Shown here one piece after another: positions 51,086 to 64,000 of a stretch of DNA of 64,000 bases. Below the pieces are notes generated by a model. It was not told where the DNA came from. It ran no database searches and saw nothing but the letters and a program-made list of their open reading frames with translations. The DNA is taken from positions 2,356,001-2,420,000 of the forward strand of contig NC_043007.1 of NCBI RefSeq assembly GCF_006345805.1, written 5' to 3'. Each line of letters starts with the position of its first letter. The first letter of the stretch is position 1. A program made the translations under genes and the position numbers. This stretch comes from Octopus sinensis (lineage: Eukaryota).

Positions 51086-51841
51086 AACTGTGTGTGTGTG
51101 GTATGTTGATGCATGTGTGTATGTGGTGTATATGTTTCATCTGTTCACCTATGTATAATAATACAAGCTTTTCCCCCCTTTCCCCCCGTTGCAAAAATAA
51201 ACATAAACAAACAGCCACAGTAGATTGAGAACAACAACAACAACAACAACAAAAACATCGAAAATAAAAAAAAAATCGATGATGAAAATTATTATTCCGA
51301 ATAGCCAAAAGAAACTACAGGAAGAAAGCATTAAAACAAATACATAAAAACACCAGAAAGTAAAGCCGAACAAAAAAAATATCCTTCGATGTCTTAATAA
51401 CAAACGTAAGGAATCGGAAGCAAATTTTTAGATTTGAAGAATTATTTTTGGTTTGTTGCTTCCATCTGCTACGAATGTGACACATATTTGAAAGCACAAG
51501 ATGCTCTGTTAACATGCAGAACACACAATATATGAGAGTACTTATATCGAAATCAAACATGCTATTTATTTTACTGTAGACTCGAATATTTGCATAAATA
51601 AATTTTTCTACTTCTCTATCATATATATATCTATTCATAATAAATGTTGTGCATGTGTAGGGATTTGGCTTTTAACACATACACAAACAAACAAACAAAC
51701 ACACACTCACAAGTATGTAAATACACATATATTTATACATTTAATTTTGGCATGTAAATGCAAAAATATATGAATCTATGCGTATGTACACGTGTATATG
51801 ATTTTGTGCGTACATGTTTAGGCGTAGCGTAAATGTCTGAG

Positions 51842-51903
<62 letters not shown>

Positions 51904-51904
51904 A

Positions 51905-51944
<40 letters not shown>

Positions 51945-52019
51945 TATACACGCACACACACGTACATACACACACGTACATACACACACACCCACATGCA
52001 CACGCATATATATATATAT

Positions 52020-52470
52020 GGATATTCTTTCTCTCCAGCGGTGCCGTGAGCGATACATCATTTGCACGATGTGGAGAATATACTACGGTCATTCCACAAA
52101 CGACCTCGACATTAGCTTGAAATTTCAATCAATCGTCGGACTACGGGCTATACACCCCCTACCCAATTCGGGATCACATCACATAAATACACTGCAACAC
52201 AATTTCTTTTCCCCAACAGGTTTTTCCCTATTCAAAATTGTCCCGAAACAAATCAAAGAGGAAAAGAATCCCATCACGTTTAAACGGAATCTGGAAAAGT
52301 TTCCTCAAAGAATACCAGATAAACTACGTATACTTGGATACTACTCAATCAACAAGGAATCCCTACTCGAATGGACAATGATATCAAACAACTTGACTTA
52401 AAAAGGATTTAGCTAATCCTATCAGGTGGTGTTATTAAGTTAGACATGGCCTGGAACAATATTTGGTCGA
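52020..52470 (+). mobile_element. CR1-like LINE 3' fragment
   Basis: [51 protein letters not shown]....GY...N..SLLEW matches the CR1-group SLQRRRERY C-terminal pattern. Confidence 0.8.
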
Positions 52471-52759
52471 AAAGCATCTAAATTACACACGCACGCACAC
52501 ACACACACACAACACACACACACACAACACACACACACACACGTTCACATATGTACATATGTAAATATAAATATAAATATCCAATGGCTACTTTTTGATT
52601 GAAACCAATTTTCAAACTGTTCTGTTAATATATTCTAATTCTCTGTGGAAGTGTTTGCACACTTCCACAGTGTTTGGGTGTTGGAGAATTACTCATTTAT
52701 GCACACACATACACACACGCATATATATACATACATAAATATATGTATATATATATAAT

Positions 52760-52818
<59 letters not shown>

Positions 52819-52824
52819 TATATA

Positions 52825-53345
52825 TACAGGGTGCGGTGAATAGAATGACGTCTAAATTACACAAAAAGGAAAATAACATTGACATTTCAATTTTACAGAT
52901 ATATTTACCAAAATTACATAAAGATATCTTGAAATACTAGAGTAAATTTGTTGAATAAAATCGCCATTGGCTTCAACTATGGCTTCCAAGTGGGAATCTC
53001 CTGCAAATTTTCTGCTCGGTCTCCTTGTTTAAGTTGGTGAGAATGCCGATATAGCCCTTGGCTTCAGTTCATCTTTGATATTACAAAGAGTTTTGTTGGT
53101 ATCTCGCTCAAATGTGCCCTGCATGGTGCAGAGTCCTATAGACAAACACAGGGTCTTCCAGCAGCCATCCCCCTTACCCAGGGCAGCACTACCTCCTCCA
53201 GACACTTGATGTAAGCCTCCGTGTTGAGAACGTGGGAAGATAAATGGAAGCATAACGCTTCATCATTATTAATCACTCCAAACACCATGATGACTAGATA
53301 TTCGATTTTTATCGCTCTCGGAAGATGTCTTCAGATTGACATCCA
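52825..53345 (-). mobile_element. Decayed maT/DD37D-like transposon, 3' part with terminal repeat
   Basis: TA-CAGGGTG terminus at 52825. Minus strand gives IMVFGV, LNTEAYIKCLEEVVLPWV..GRP...DSAPC and LEAIVEANGDFI; an internal deletion removes the WP.NSPD region. Confidence 0.8.
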
Positions 53346-53619
53346 AACACTCTGAAATGTCTATATTGGAGCTTCCAGCGTAAATGTAAAGCAATGCAGC
53401 ATTTCCAAATTTCTGGCAGAGTGAATTGCTTGATGGTACTGTGTTTTTCTCACATGTGGTTCCCAACTGCCCCTACTCTATTGCGTAGTCGACAGAATCT
53501 AAAAGAAACAATACGCATGCTCGAAATTAAAAAGATAAAATGGCGACAATTTCCCCATCACACTCTGTATATCTATGTATATGTATATGTATGTATGTAT
53601 ATATATATATATATATATA

Positions 53620-53664
<45 letters not shown>

Positions 53665-54371
53665 TATATATGTATATAACTTACTCTTCCTATTCATATA
53701 TATCGACATATAAAGATTTACATAATTATATACATAGGAATGTTTCAGTATATAAATTGGTAAAAGTACACAGTCTCTATTCTATACGTTGCTTTGATTC
53801 CTTAGACAGTGTTTCACGTCCATTTCCATGTGGATTCAAAATTGTAGCAATGCCAATTCTGTTAATTCAATTTTGGTGTGTATTTATAAATAAAACGGTC
53901 TACTTTAACTTCTGGAAAATCTTTATTTTCTCTCTATATCCATAAAACTAGGAATATTTAGAATTTTCTTTTTCCATTTGTCCTCTTAGTGAGGTGTTTG
54001 TACTAAAATGGCCATGAATACGATGCGTTGCTTATGTATTCTTACTCTCTCATATAATCCAATTTTGGTTCCTCCTATTTAGTGTTCCTTGCATTCTGGG
54101 CAAATGCCACAGCAAATCAGGTCTCTTGATTTGTAATTCATAATAGCAGTGATTGTAATACAATCTATAATTACGTTACACAGTAAGTTCCCATATATGT
54201 AACATCGTCTTCGCAAATATAGGATATACTAAAATTTTCCAAGCAATGAGTAGAAGAAAATTGATCTAGAAACCTAGAAGTGTTTACAACCGTTAAAATT
54301 ACACCTTAGTACATTAACCCTTCTTCTATGCTATACAAAAGTACCACTCAGTATATTCTCCACCATATATA

Positions 54372-55113
54372 TACGGAATTGTCAGATAAATAGGTATATT
54401 ACTTTTATTTAGATTCTTATATTTTATCGACAATTTAATCAAATCAGCCATACCTTGCTTACCATTGGATGGCAATAGAAAAAATATAATTTGAAGGCGC
54501 TCGATCGGGGGCATACGGTGGCTGGGATAGAACATCAAGACCGAGCTCTTGAATAGTATTTCTGGTCAAATTAGCAAGTTGGTGGGCAGCGGTTGTCGTG
54601 TTGGATAAGCACACTCTGTCGAGGGTCAGGTCGTTTCAGTAGAATGCCTCAATGGACCTTACCCACTGAATGAATATGATGGGCGACGGTTTTTTGCACG
54701 GGCTATTGTGGATCAGCTTGCTCGGTCTTAAATTGCGCAGTTCGTGAAAAATTCAGAGAGTCTGTATAGTGGAATTTCCCCTCCTTAAAGCATAAAAAGT
54801 ATTTGCGTACAATTTTGCCATAATAGGACCTTCTCTGAAAAGAGTACGGATGTCTAAAGATGCTTTTGCGACTTTCGAAATTTCGTTGAGAGCGAAGAGA
54901 GGCAGATGTCGGAAAAGCTCATTTTTTTCCACTTGGCAATCCATTTTCATATGTCAGAAAAGAGGGGAACTTTGTTCAAAATTTAAAATTGATAGAAAGA
55001 ACTTGTACGGGAAGAATAGAACTGCGAAAATTATACAACACCTTGCTAAAAATGTTTCGTCTTAATTAAATAACTATAGAACGAAACGAATGAAATTATC
55101 TGACTTGCTAATA
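54372..55113 (-). mobile_element. Internally deleted, decayed mariner (DD34D)
   Basis: MDCQVEKNELFRHLPLFALNE.SK.AKA..DI N-terminus, IQHDN, and ELGLDVLSQPPYAPDRAPSNY. Diverged TIRs share GTCAGATAA. Confidence 0.85.
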
Positions 55114-57384
55114 TACATATTTCAGTTATAATTTTCTCTCGTATATTATTCCGTGTCTGCTGAAGATGAAATAGTATTTGAAACCAGTAAAATTGCATCT
55201 TGGAGCGAGAAGAAAATGACATTAGCTTTCAATCGCCACAATACGGTGATGGTTCTGGCATGATGGAAAGAAAATTTCGAAAAGACAGAGCATGGAATGG
55301 GCGACCACTAATGCATATTTAATGAATTGAAAGTCACCAGCCTACCAATATCTATGCAAATTGAACCGATGGATTGAGAAAATGCAATACGTTTTATTAC
55401 TATTCATAGCTATTAGCTATAATTCCTCCACGCATGGTATTCTCTCTCTGATAATCAAAGGAGATTTGACACAATTACAGCTCTGTTCTCTCTGCAGAGA
55501 GAAGGTGAAATACATTTGTTTTATAATAAAGCGTTTGCGGTGGTGTTGCGTATAAGGTTTTGTTCTATGTCTCGCTCCCAACGAAGCAGACTTATTATTG
55601 ACGGTTATCTATCTCTGAATGTATTTAGCTATCAATCTGCATGTATATACACCGTATACATACATATTTATATACACACATACATACATGTATACTTACC
55701 TACAAACATACATGCATACATATATACAAACATACAAGCATACATGCATACGAATATGTTTACATATGCAGATATGTATGTATGTAGAAATTTATACACA
55801 CATACATACGTATATACATTCAAACACAAGTGCACACACAAACATACACATATATATACATATATACGTGCATGTGTGTGTGTGTTTGTAATTCTTTTAC
55901 ATCTTCGCATACATAAAAATCAATAAGTCTGCCAAAAATTCATATATTAGTTGTATGTAGGAGTCGAAAGATGTATTGCAACGCCTGTCATTTTGGTTCT
56001 GCCCATTTAGCGATAAGCATCTACAGCAGAAAGCAATATCCTGGCAGCGTATTAATCTATTTCAGAAATAAATGGCAACTCAAGACGAACAGTTTATCAC
56101 CTGCAATGCAACTAAATGTGGTGGATGTAGATTTTGAAAACTGAACACATTCGAATTCCTTCTGTTAACAATTGCTGCAAGTTTTGGAATTAATAACTGG
56201 ACATAATATGTACGTTACTATCACACCTATGTTATAAAAATGTATGCTTTTCCATTCATAGCTTTTGTAGGAATTTCGTTACAGTCATAAAATTTGGGTG
56301 TGACACCTTTTTTTTCTTTATATAGACTTTCTATCTAAACCGTCAGCAAATGTCCAATTCCCGTGTAAAAATAGAACGTGGGAATTCCCTTAACTGCTTG
56401 TTACTTTTCGCTTTGGAATATTCTTTGCTTAAATATGTATGAAGTCAGATTTCGCTGGTTTGGAATATAAAATATCGAAATAAATGATACCGTGAGGACA
56501 TTGCATAAATCGTTGTTGAGAGTTATACATGAATGAATATCTGTGAGAACGAAGTAAACGTTTCTTTAAATTAAGCTAAAATAGAGAAGATATGAATATT
56601 CACGAAGAAAGCAGGACTGGAATAATGATTCTATTGATAATATTCAGCATGTTAAATACTTATTAAAATATATCAAAATCCACGCAAATACTTTATGTGG
56701 TACGTAACGAGGTTTAAATGAAAGAAATTAAAAATTTTCTTCTACAACGTACGGTGTGTTTGTCTAGAATTTATTGGTATGTATCCTATGTTCTTGATCC
56801 ATTTCAATATGTTCTTCCATAATATATTATTGAGATGTCGGATTCCACTCGGAACTTGGAAACAAAGAATTGTAAAAGATGGAAATCAGTTTTAAAAGTA
56901 TTTAAGATCATAAACAGAAATACGTGGATGAGATGAGAAAAAAATGCAAATGTCTGGCTGGATTGACAGTTCATTAAACTTAATGCGCAGTAATTGAAGG
57001 AGGTAGATATTAAATTAACAACGTATAATGTATCATGAACGCAATATTTACTGCAAACAGTATTTAGCAATGAACTGTGAAATAAATTTAATATTTTGTA
57101 TGCAATTATTATAAGGTTGAAGAAATACTTGTACGATCATTAAGTTAAACTAACTTGTCTAAGATTGATGTCCTAAACGGAAGATACAAACATAATAAAA
57201 TTACACGATTGAAATATTATTATAGAAGCTAATAATGATGCCGGCTTCTCATGCTTCAAATTAAAATGTCATTAGTAAAGTAATGATAATGGATCTTCGA
57301 AGATAAATGCAGCATTATACACACTTCATAAGAAGTGGGAGCGAATTTCTCTGAATTTTTACCAAATGTATATTAGTTCCATAC

Positions 57385-57776
57385 TCTTTTACTTGTTTCA
57401 GTCATTTGACTGCGGCCATGCTGGAGCACCGCCTTTAGTCGAGCAAATCGACCCCGGAACTCATTCTTTGTAAGCCCAGTACTTATTCTGTCGGTCTCCT
57501 TTGCCGAACCGCTAGGTGACTGGGACGTAAACACACCAGCATCGGTTGTCAAGCAATGCTAGGGGGACAAACACAGACACACACACACATATATATATAT
57601 ATATACATATATACGACAGGCTTGTTTCAGTTTCCGTCTACCAAATCCACTCACAAGGCGTTGGTCGGCCCGGGGCTATAGCAGAAGACACTTGCCCAAG
57701 ATGCCACGCAGTGAGACTGAACCCGGAACCATGTGGTTGGTTAGCAAGCTACTTACCACACAGCCACTCCTGCGCC
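57385..57776 (-). mobile_element. SINE family B inserted into a locally duplicated segment
   Basis: Family B architecture; the empty site is seen at 58960-58980. Confidence 0.9.
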
Positions 57777-57982
57777 TATACCGATCTCTTTCCGATCTTC
57801 TCCTTTACACGCTACATATCAATCACTTCAATTCGACATCTTTTATTCACTGGGATCACATCTTCGTCCACTGTCTGTAAATATGAAATAACCCATCACT
57901 CTGTGATTTTCTAAATTCCTACACGTCATTGTTTGAGGACCTGGAAAATCCACATCTTACGCTCCACATGCTGATAGAACAT
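57777..57982. repeat. About 200-bp local direct duplication, copy 1 (copy 2 at 58960-59157)
   Basis: Shared ATCTTTTATTCACTGGGATCACATCTTCGTCCACTGTCTGTAAATATGAAATAACCCATCA and ACGCTCCACATGCTGATAGAACAT. Confidence 0.9.
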
Positions 57983-58299
57983 ATCAACACAGGAAACAAC
58001 CATTTGATTTTGATTTTAGGTTAAATCCACACGGACACAGCTTTCCTTTAACATATTTAACTATGTAATATTATCCTAATGTAAGACTTATACTAAGGCC
58101 TCGTATACGTAACAAAGTCTTCGGAAATATTTGATAAACTGAAGTTTTCCAAGCAATTGTAAGAAGAAGAAAATCTCTGTAGATGTGTTTAAAATCGTAA
58201 AACGCCAATCAACGAAGTTAACATCAGATGATCGCTTGCTCGAATCTTATGGTCAATGTAGATAATAGCTACTGAAATGGATTTAAAATTGGTTTGAAA

Positions 58300-58505
58300 T
58301 GCTTGTACAAGGCCAGCAATTGAGGGGGAGGGGCGAAGTAGATTACATCGACCCCAATGCTCAACTGGTACTTATTTTATCGACCTCGGAAGAATGAAAG
58401 ACAAACTCGAGCCCGGCGGCATTTGAACCCAGGATGTAAAGACGGACGAAATGCCATTAAGCATTTCGCCCTGCGTGCTAATGATTCTATCAGCTTGCTG
58501 CCTTG
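58300..58505 (-). mobile_element. SINE family A (alternative tail)
   Basis: Reverse complement of the head and core. Confidence 0.85.
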
Positions 58506-59174
58506 ATGAAATGGGTTCATATTTACAGAGAGTGGACGAGGATGTGATGAAATGGGTTCAATATTGAAAATAAATTAGTGAAAGCATCGAAGAGGAATTA
58601 GCGCCAAAGACATTCTTGGCAAATTAATTTCTACTTTGTTCTGATCATAAGAAAACAATGGAAATAAAAGATATCGTTCCTTTGGAGTGTTCTTGTTGTT
58701 GTTTAGTGTTTCAGGTATATTGTTTAAGGATTTCATTTGTCACAACATTTATAAATGAGCAATTTGCTTTTTTAACAGATTGCAATACTCAAAGTTGTTT
58801 TTTTTCTTCTTTGTTTTTATTCCTGTTACATAAAAGTGTTTGTTGTGGTTTGAATAAAATTCTTCTCTAAATTTTATATGAAAGTTCCATCAAGGATTTG
58901 CCGTTCTGAAGACTCACCGGTGTTGCTGTTTTGAATACAAATAATCTCTACTTTGCTGAAGTTCCATACCGATCACTTTCAGACCTTCTCTCTTACACGC
59001 TGCATATCAATCACATTCCTTAGACATCTTTTATTCACTGGGATCACATCTTCGTCCACTGTCTGTAAATATGAAATAACCCATCAACCTGTGATTTTCT
59101 AAATTGTTTGAGGACCTGGAAAATTCATATTTTACGCTCCACATGCTGATAGAACATGAAAAAGAAAAAATATA

Positions 59175-59353
59175 CATTTTCTAAGGTCCGAAATTTATGG
59201 GGAGATCGATCCCCAGTAGGCAACTAGTACTTAATTTGTTGACCCCGAAAGGACAAGTCAACCTCGTCGGAATTTGAACTCAGAACATAAGGACAGACGA
59301 AATACCGTGAAGCATCTCGCCTGGCGTGCTAACGTTTCGGCCAGCTCGCCACC
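59175..59353 (-). mobile_element. SINE family A (alternative tail), with small deletions
   Basis: Reverse complement of the head and core. Confidence 0.85.
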
Positions 59354-59408
59354 TTTAAATAAATTATGCCGTTTATTTGGTTTGACCTTCTTTCGAAAGC
59401 TGTTGCTG

Positions 59409-59457
<49 letters not shown>

Positions 59458-59929
59458 CTCGTCAAAAGTCACTGGATATCTGAGGGCTGTGATGAGTGAT
59501 AGAAGGTGTAGATGTATTTTGGGGACTGAAGGAGAGAAATTTTAAGCCAGAGTAACTGGATGTCGATGACTGTGAAATAAGATGCCTGGTTTATGCGTGA
59601 GTAAGCAGTGATATACGGGATCAGGGATGGAGACTGGAGAATTTGGATATTTCAAAAGACAAGGGAGAATTGATGGCGGATGGATAGGACATGAATATTC
59701 CCAGCGTAGACGTTTGGTTCGTGTGTCGGAACCAGATCAAAAGCTGCTAAAGTCATTCAAAGATTAGATTGTGGTACAAAACCGAATCTTGTGGTGTGTC
59801 TATCATCCAAAAACAGGGGGAATCAACTGCACCTTATAAAAGAGGGCTACATTAAGTAAAGGAAAAGTACACTACTAGCAACTGAGAGCGCAGTTGTCTG
59901 GATTTCAACATTTTTGTTATTATCATTTT

Positions 59930-60050
59930 AAGGCGGGTGCGTTTTGCGATCAAATTCCACCGAGGTCGACTTGGCCTTTTATCCTATCGTCTCGGTAGAA
60001 TGATCATGAGTTGAATACGGGTGAAATTGCTGACTTTGTGCCAAAATTTA
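59930..60050 (+). mobile_element. Diverged SINE family A relic
   Basis: TTTAAGGCGG..CAAATTCCACCGAGGTCGACTTGGCCTTTTATCC. Confidence 0.6.
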
Positions 60051-60054
60051 AAAC

Positions 60055-60154
60055 CATCATCATCATCATCATCATTTTACTTGTAGGATTACTGGTAGTA
60101 GCATTCGTCGTCTAGTAGTAGTCGTTGTAGTAACAGTAGTAGTAGTAGTAGTGC

Positions 60155-60198
<44 letters not shown>

Positions 60199-60221
60199 GT
60201 AGTAGTAGTAGTAGTAGTGCT

Positions 60222-60272
<51 letters not shown>

Positions 60273-60300
60273 GTAGTAGTAGTAGTAGTAGTTCTTGTTG
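60055..60300. repeat. (CAT)n, (TAG)n and (ATT)n trinucleotide arrays
   Basis: Direct inspection. Confidence 0.9.
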
Positions 60301-60866
60301 TAGTTGAAGTAGGCGCAAAAGCGATAGACGGAGGTGGAGACAAAGTATCATTATCGAATGTTCTGCGACTGATTATATATCCGTTTTCCCATCCAATAAA
60401 GCAACATTACGGCCGAATCATATTTTCACAGATTACATGAATATTGCAAGAGAAACATATATATTAATCGAAAGCGCAGAAATATATATTAATGGAAAAC
60501 AAGATTAGCTAAATGAAACTACTGAACTTTAGACTGCAGAAATAATGCTTCGAGATACCTACTGACCTCTGTTTCCAAAATTCTCGTCATTCGCATAAAT
60601 AAGTATATCTGTTACCTATTGATCATGTAATATTCTGAGAAGTCAGGTAACCTTACTATATTTTCTTTTTGTACAGTGAAACAGATTCAGTAATGTGTAA
60701 GAATCCCAGATGGCCTTCAGCAATGTTAAGAGATTGGAACCCCAGAAAGTATCCTGTGTTGCAGAGTAACCTTGTTCGTGTATAGAAAAAGTTGTACGGA
60801 ACTGCTAATGTTGTGTATTTCTGAATATATTGTAAAATGTAAATCTTGTGCCGTATACTCAGATAG

Positions 60867-60952
<86 letters not shown>

Positions 60953-61090
60953 GCAAATACATAAATTCACACCCCTACACTCGCCCAGTCAACTAACATA
61001 CTCACCTTACCCCCACATACATATTTGTGCGCGATAATTTTTAGAAATACGTGTATGTATAGGTTTGAGAATATTCGAATATAATAAGTG

Positions 61091-61130
<40 letters not shown>

Positions 61131-61520
61131 CACACGCACACATTGGCAAAAAAGTAGATAGATATACGGAAAGATTGATAGAGATACACCTGTGTGTGTG
61201 TGCTCCTATGTAATAGAAGTATATTAACTATAGAAATAGATATATAGCATTATTTGACCATTTTAAATACGTTTGGGTGCATTTGCAGCACAACTACTCG
61301 ATAAGAACGCACAATCCCATGTTTCACTTAATCGAGGTTGATGATACAAATCCTTCATGCGCTCGTGTTGTACGTATAAATATTTGGATTAATGCTGACT
61401 CCTGTATATTTGTGACTGGGGGCGGAGAATATCTGCATCTTTCAGACTAAGCCATTTTACAGCGAATGGGACGAAGAATTTCTGTTGCTCTTTTCTAAGA
61501 TGACTTCTATAAATTTTCTA

Positions 61521-61746
61521 TACTCTCTCTTTTACTTTTTTACTTGATTCAGTCATTTGACTGTGGCCATGCTGGAGCACCGCCTTTATTCTAAAGAGTC
61601 AGCAGAAGTTCGCCATTACCTTCTGCCGGAGCCGCGTGGAGCTTAGGTGTTTCGCTCATAAACACACACATCGCCCGACCTGAGATTCGAACCCACGATC
61701 CGTCGACCACGAGTCCGCTGCTCTAACCAGTAGGCCATGTGCCTCC
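61521..61746 (-). mobile_element. Chimeric SINE: family C-like head plus family B tail
   Basis: Minus strand reads GGAGGCACATGGCCTACTGGTTAGAGCAGCGGACTCG..GGGTTCGAATC..ACACCTAAGCTCCACG, followed by AAAGGCGGTGCTCCAGCATGGCCACAGTCAAATGACTGAA. Confidence 0.8.
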
Positions 61747-62139
61747 TATATTCTACATTGTATAGTTACAATATCTCTTAAGCCGTCAGTTGCTTTTTTC
61801 AATTCATTTTTCTGCGTGCAATATTATTTTTAGAAAAGTGAGACAGAAAACAGTTATCTCTAAGTCTTACTTTAAGAATTTGTGATCTAGAGATACGAAT
61901 TATGATTAAGGAACGCACTGGCGTCTTTATTATCGTAAGAGATGGTTCCGTGCGTCTGTTAAATCTCTCTCTATTTGAAGCTGAAGTTGTCTGTGTATGG
62001 CAGGTTTGGTAGCCTTCAACTAACACTATCTCCTCTGAGACCCTGCAGTGCAAGTTGACCAAAGTTGAGAGTATGATAGAAGAAGGCTTGCTCTTCCTTC
62101 CATCGAAGAAAATATTCAAATCGGACCATGTTAACACCA

Positions 62140-62361
62140 AAAATTATTTACATCAAAAAGGTGCTTTTTTTCTATGAAAATCCCTATTTATTACGATTTT
62201 CTGAATGCTGTGTCGCTATTTTTCGGTGTATTTCAACCAGAAAAATGTTCACTTAAAGAGAATAACAAGCTACATAATGCAAAATTTTTACTTTTCAAAA
62301 ATTCCAATTCTAAAGGGTCGAAAAGAAAACAAGCCCGAGCAACGCTGGGCGATACTGCTAG
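62140..62361 (+). mobile_element. Helitron 3' portion
   Basis: Ends with the CCCGAGCAACGCTGGG hairpin plus CGATACTGCTAG|T. The 5' boundary is approximate. Confidence 0.7.
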
Positions 62362-62653
62362 TAATGCTATAGCTGTGTCCTTAAATTTGTAGCTAAGTAC
62401 TTTCTTGCAGTCTTATAGATTGATGACGGAGGTCAGTATTCATGACATAGGTCAGTTATCTCTCTCTCATATATATTGAATTTTTGTCTTTTAATATACG
62501 CCGTGGCAAAAAATCTCGGAACATTATGCCCAAGTACAATACGATTCAAATACATAGAACGTAGAGATGCACTTACCTAATAATTGATTGAAATGTTATA
62601 TATTATGTTTGAATCGAATTGTACGTGAGCATAACAATATTAATTGGTTAGAA

Positions 62654-63258
62654 GGTGGCCAACTGGCAGAATCGGTAGCACGCCGGGCGAAATTCTCAGT
62701 TCAAATTCCACCGAGTTCGACGCTGTCTTTCATCTTTTCTGGGTCGATTACGCACTGGGGGTCGATGTAATCGACTTAATCCCTTTATCTTTAATCCCTT
62801 CCATGTTTAGCCGCCTTTGGGCAATAAAGAAATAAATGTTAATTAGATAGGTAGATAGAAACATTAACTAAGCGAGCAAAATGGTTAGCGGTATTTCGTC
62901 TGCCGCTACGTTCTTAGTTCAAATTCAGCCGAGGTCGATTTTGCCTTTTATCCTTTCAGGGTCGATTAAATAAGTACCAGTTACGCACTGGGGTTGATAT
63001 AATCAACTTTATCCGTTTGTCTGTCCTTGTTTGTCCCTTCTGTGTTTAGCCCCTTGAGGGTAGTAAAGAAATAGAAATAGGTATTTCCTCTGCCGTTACG
63101 TTCTGAGTTCAAATTCCGCCGAGGTCGACTTTGCCTTTCATCCTTTCGGGGTCGATAAATTAAGTACCAGTTACGCACTGGAGTTGATGTGATCAACTTA
63201 ATCCCTTTGTTTGTCACCTCTATGTTTGGCCCCCCTGCTGGCAATAAAAGAATAAATA
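62654..63258 (+). mobile_element. SINE family A, three head-to-tail units
   Basis: Three core/tail units; the third starts at GAAATAGGTATTTC (about 63075). Confidence 0.9.
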
Positions 63259-63303
63259 TCAATTTTTTAAAAATGTCCCAAAGTTTTGGTCACGACTCTA
63301 TGT

Positions 63304-63455
63304 AAGGCGGTGAGGGCACAGAATTTTTAGCGACATTCTGTTTGTCGTTACGCTTTGAGTTCAAATTCTGCAGAGGTCGACTTTACCTTTCCTCCCCTTC
63401 GGGAATGAAATTAGTGCGATTGGGGTAGAAGTAATAGACTTACTCCCTCCTTCAA
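63304..63455 (+). mobile_element. Diverged SINE family A
   Basis: TAAGGCGGTGAG..GAGTTCAAATTCTGCAGAGGTCGACTTTACCTTTC. Confidence 0.75.
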
Positions 63456-63459
63456 ATGC

Positions 63460-63795
63460 GGAAAGTGTAACCTCTCGAAAGAGCTGTTCTTCACTCCTGC
63501 TCCAGAGCGTCGGCTGCGGGGTCGCTCCAAAAAGCTCTATCTGCGACGATTTCATCTCAATCGAAGGAGAGGGGCCTTCCCCGTCCGGGTTGCGGATCCG
63601 TGGAATAAGCTGCCGGACGAGATAGTGAAGATGCCGTCGACCGCTCGGTTCAAAGTCTCCCTTGACCACAAGTGGCCAGAACTCTTTACATGAACACCAC
63701 CCTGTACATAACTCCATGTCCCCCAACATGGCCTTGCTTTTTGCTTTTTGAGCCAAAAATTAACTAACTAACTAACTATCTAACTAACTAACTAA
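63460..63795 (+). mobile_element. CR1 LINE 3' end with (TAAC)n tail
   Basis: Stop-free GKCNLSKELFFTPAPERRLRGRSKKLYLRRFHLNRRRGAFPVRVADPWNKLPDEIV..LDHKWPELFT* (stop at 63691-63693), then a short 3' UTR and (TAAC)n. Confidence 0.9.
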
Positions 63796-63892
63796 TAGAA
63801 TTGTGCTAAAATTTGAAATCAATACACACACGCGCGCACGTACACACATATGCGTATACATATACAGAAAAACGCGCGTGTACACACATATG

Positions 63893-64000
63893 CTGCAGCA
63901 CGGAATTTTTTCAGTGAACAGGTCGCGATCTCAAAGCGACGAAATTATTTTGGCAAATCAAATTAAATGTTGAAGTGAATCTAACGGTTTTTGTGTGTTT
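63893..64000 (+). mobile_element. Second copy of the 4571-4904 element, running off the window end
   Basis: CAGTGAACAGGTCGC..GCGACGAAA..AAATGTTGAAGTGAATC.AACGG.TTTTGTGTGTTT; the spacer is in the opposite orientation. Confidence 0.85.

Noticed and set aside
55145-55195. CTGAAGA..GAAAC..GTA motif
   Set aside because: Stem I is absent and stem II is implausible. At most it is a very decayed relic.
55235-55275. QYGDGSGMM, resembling the Tc1 HGGGSVM motif
   Set aside because: Too short, with no flanking support.
59470-59820. Purine-rich block, possibly an old LINE 3' fragment on the minus strand
   Set aside because: No diagnostic motif was recoverable by eye.
61799-62140. 113-aa minus-strand ORF, possibly an APE endonuclease start in another frame
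   Set aside because: The similarity is limited to a weak LNFG.L..QGLR word, with stops following.

Overview
AT-rich, repeat-dominated eukaryotic genomic DNA, most likely octopus/cephalopod (inferred from the SINE families, the very high microsatellite load and a cytochrome b fragment; not verified). I found no intact host gene, true tRNA/rRNA gene or CRISPR array. Most listed ORFs are microsatellite artefacts. The window is a mosaic of several tRNA-derived SINE families (labelled A-E here), decayed Tc1/mariner transposons, non-autonomous Helitrons (one tandem dimer), 5'-truncated LINE fragments (RTE, CR1, R4/Dong) and an 87-bp NUMT. The most interesting signal is a set of at least six small, apparently non-coding repeat families carrying type I hammerhead-ribozyme-like motifs of the kind known from Penelope-like element termini, often arranged as inverted dimers. 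One has a G3:C8 core swap (GUGAACA instead of CUGANGA; three motif copies), one has an intact CUGAAGA...GAAA...GUC core, and one is the tail of a tRNA-headed SINE. All folds were derived by eye, and ribozyme activity is untested.
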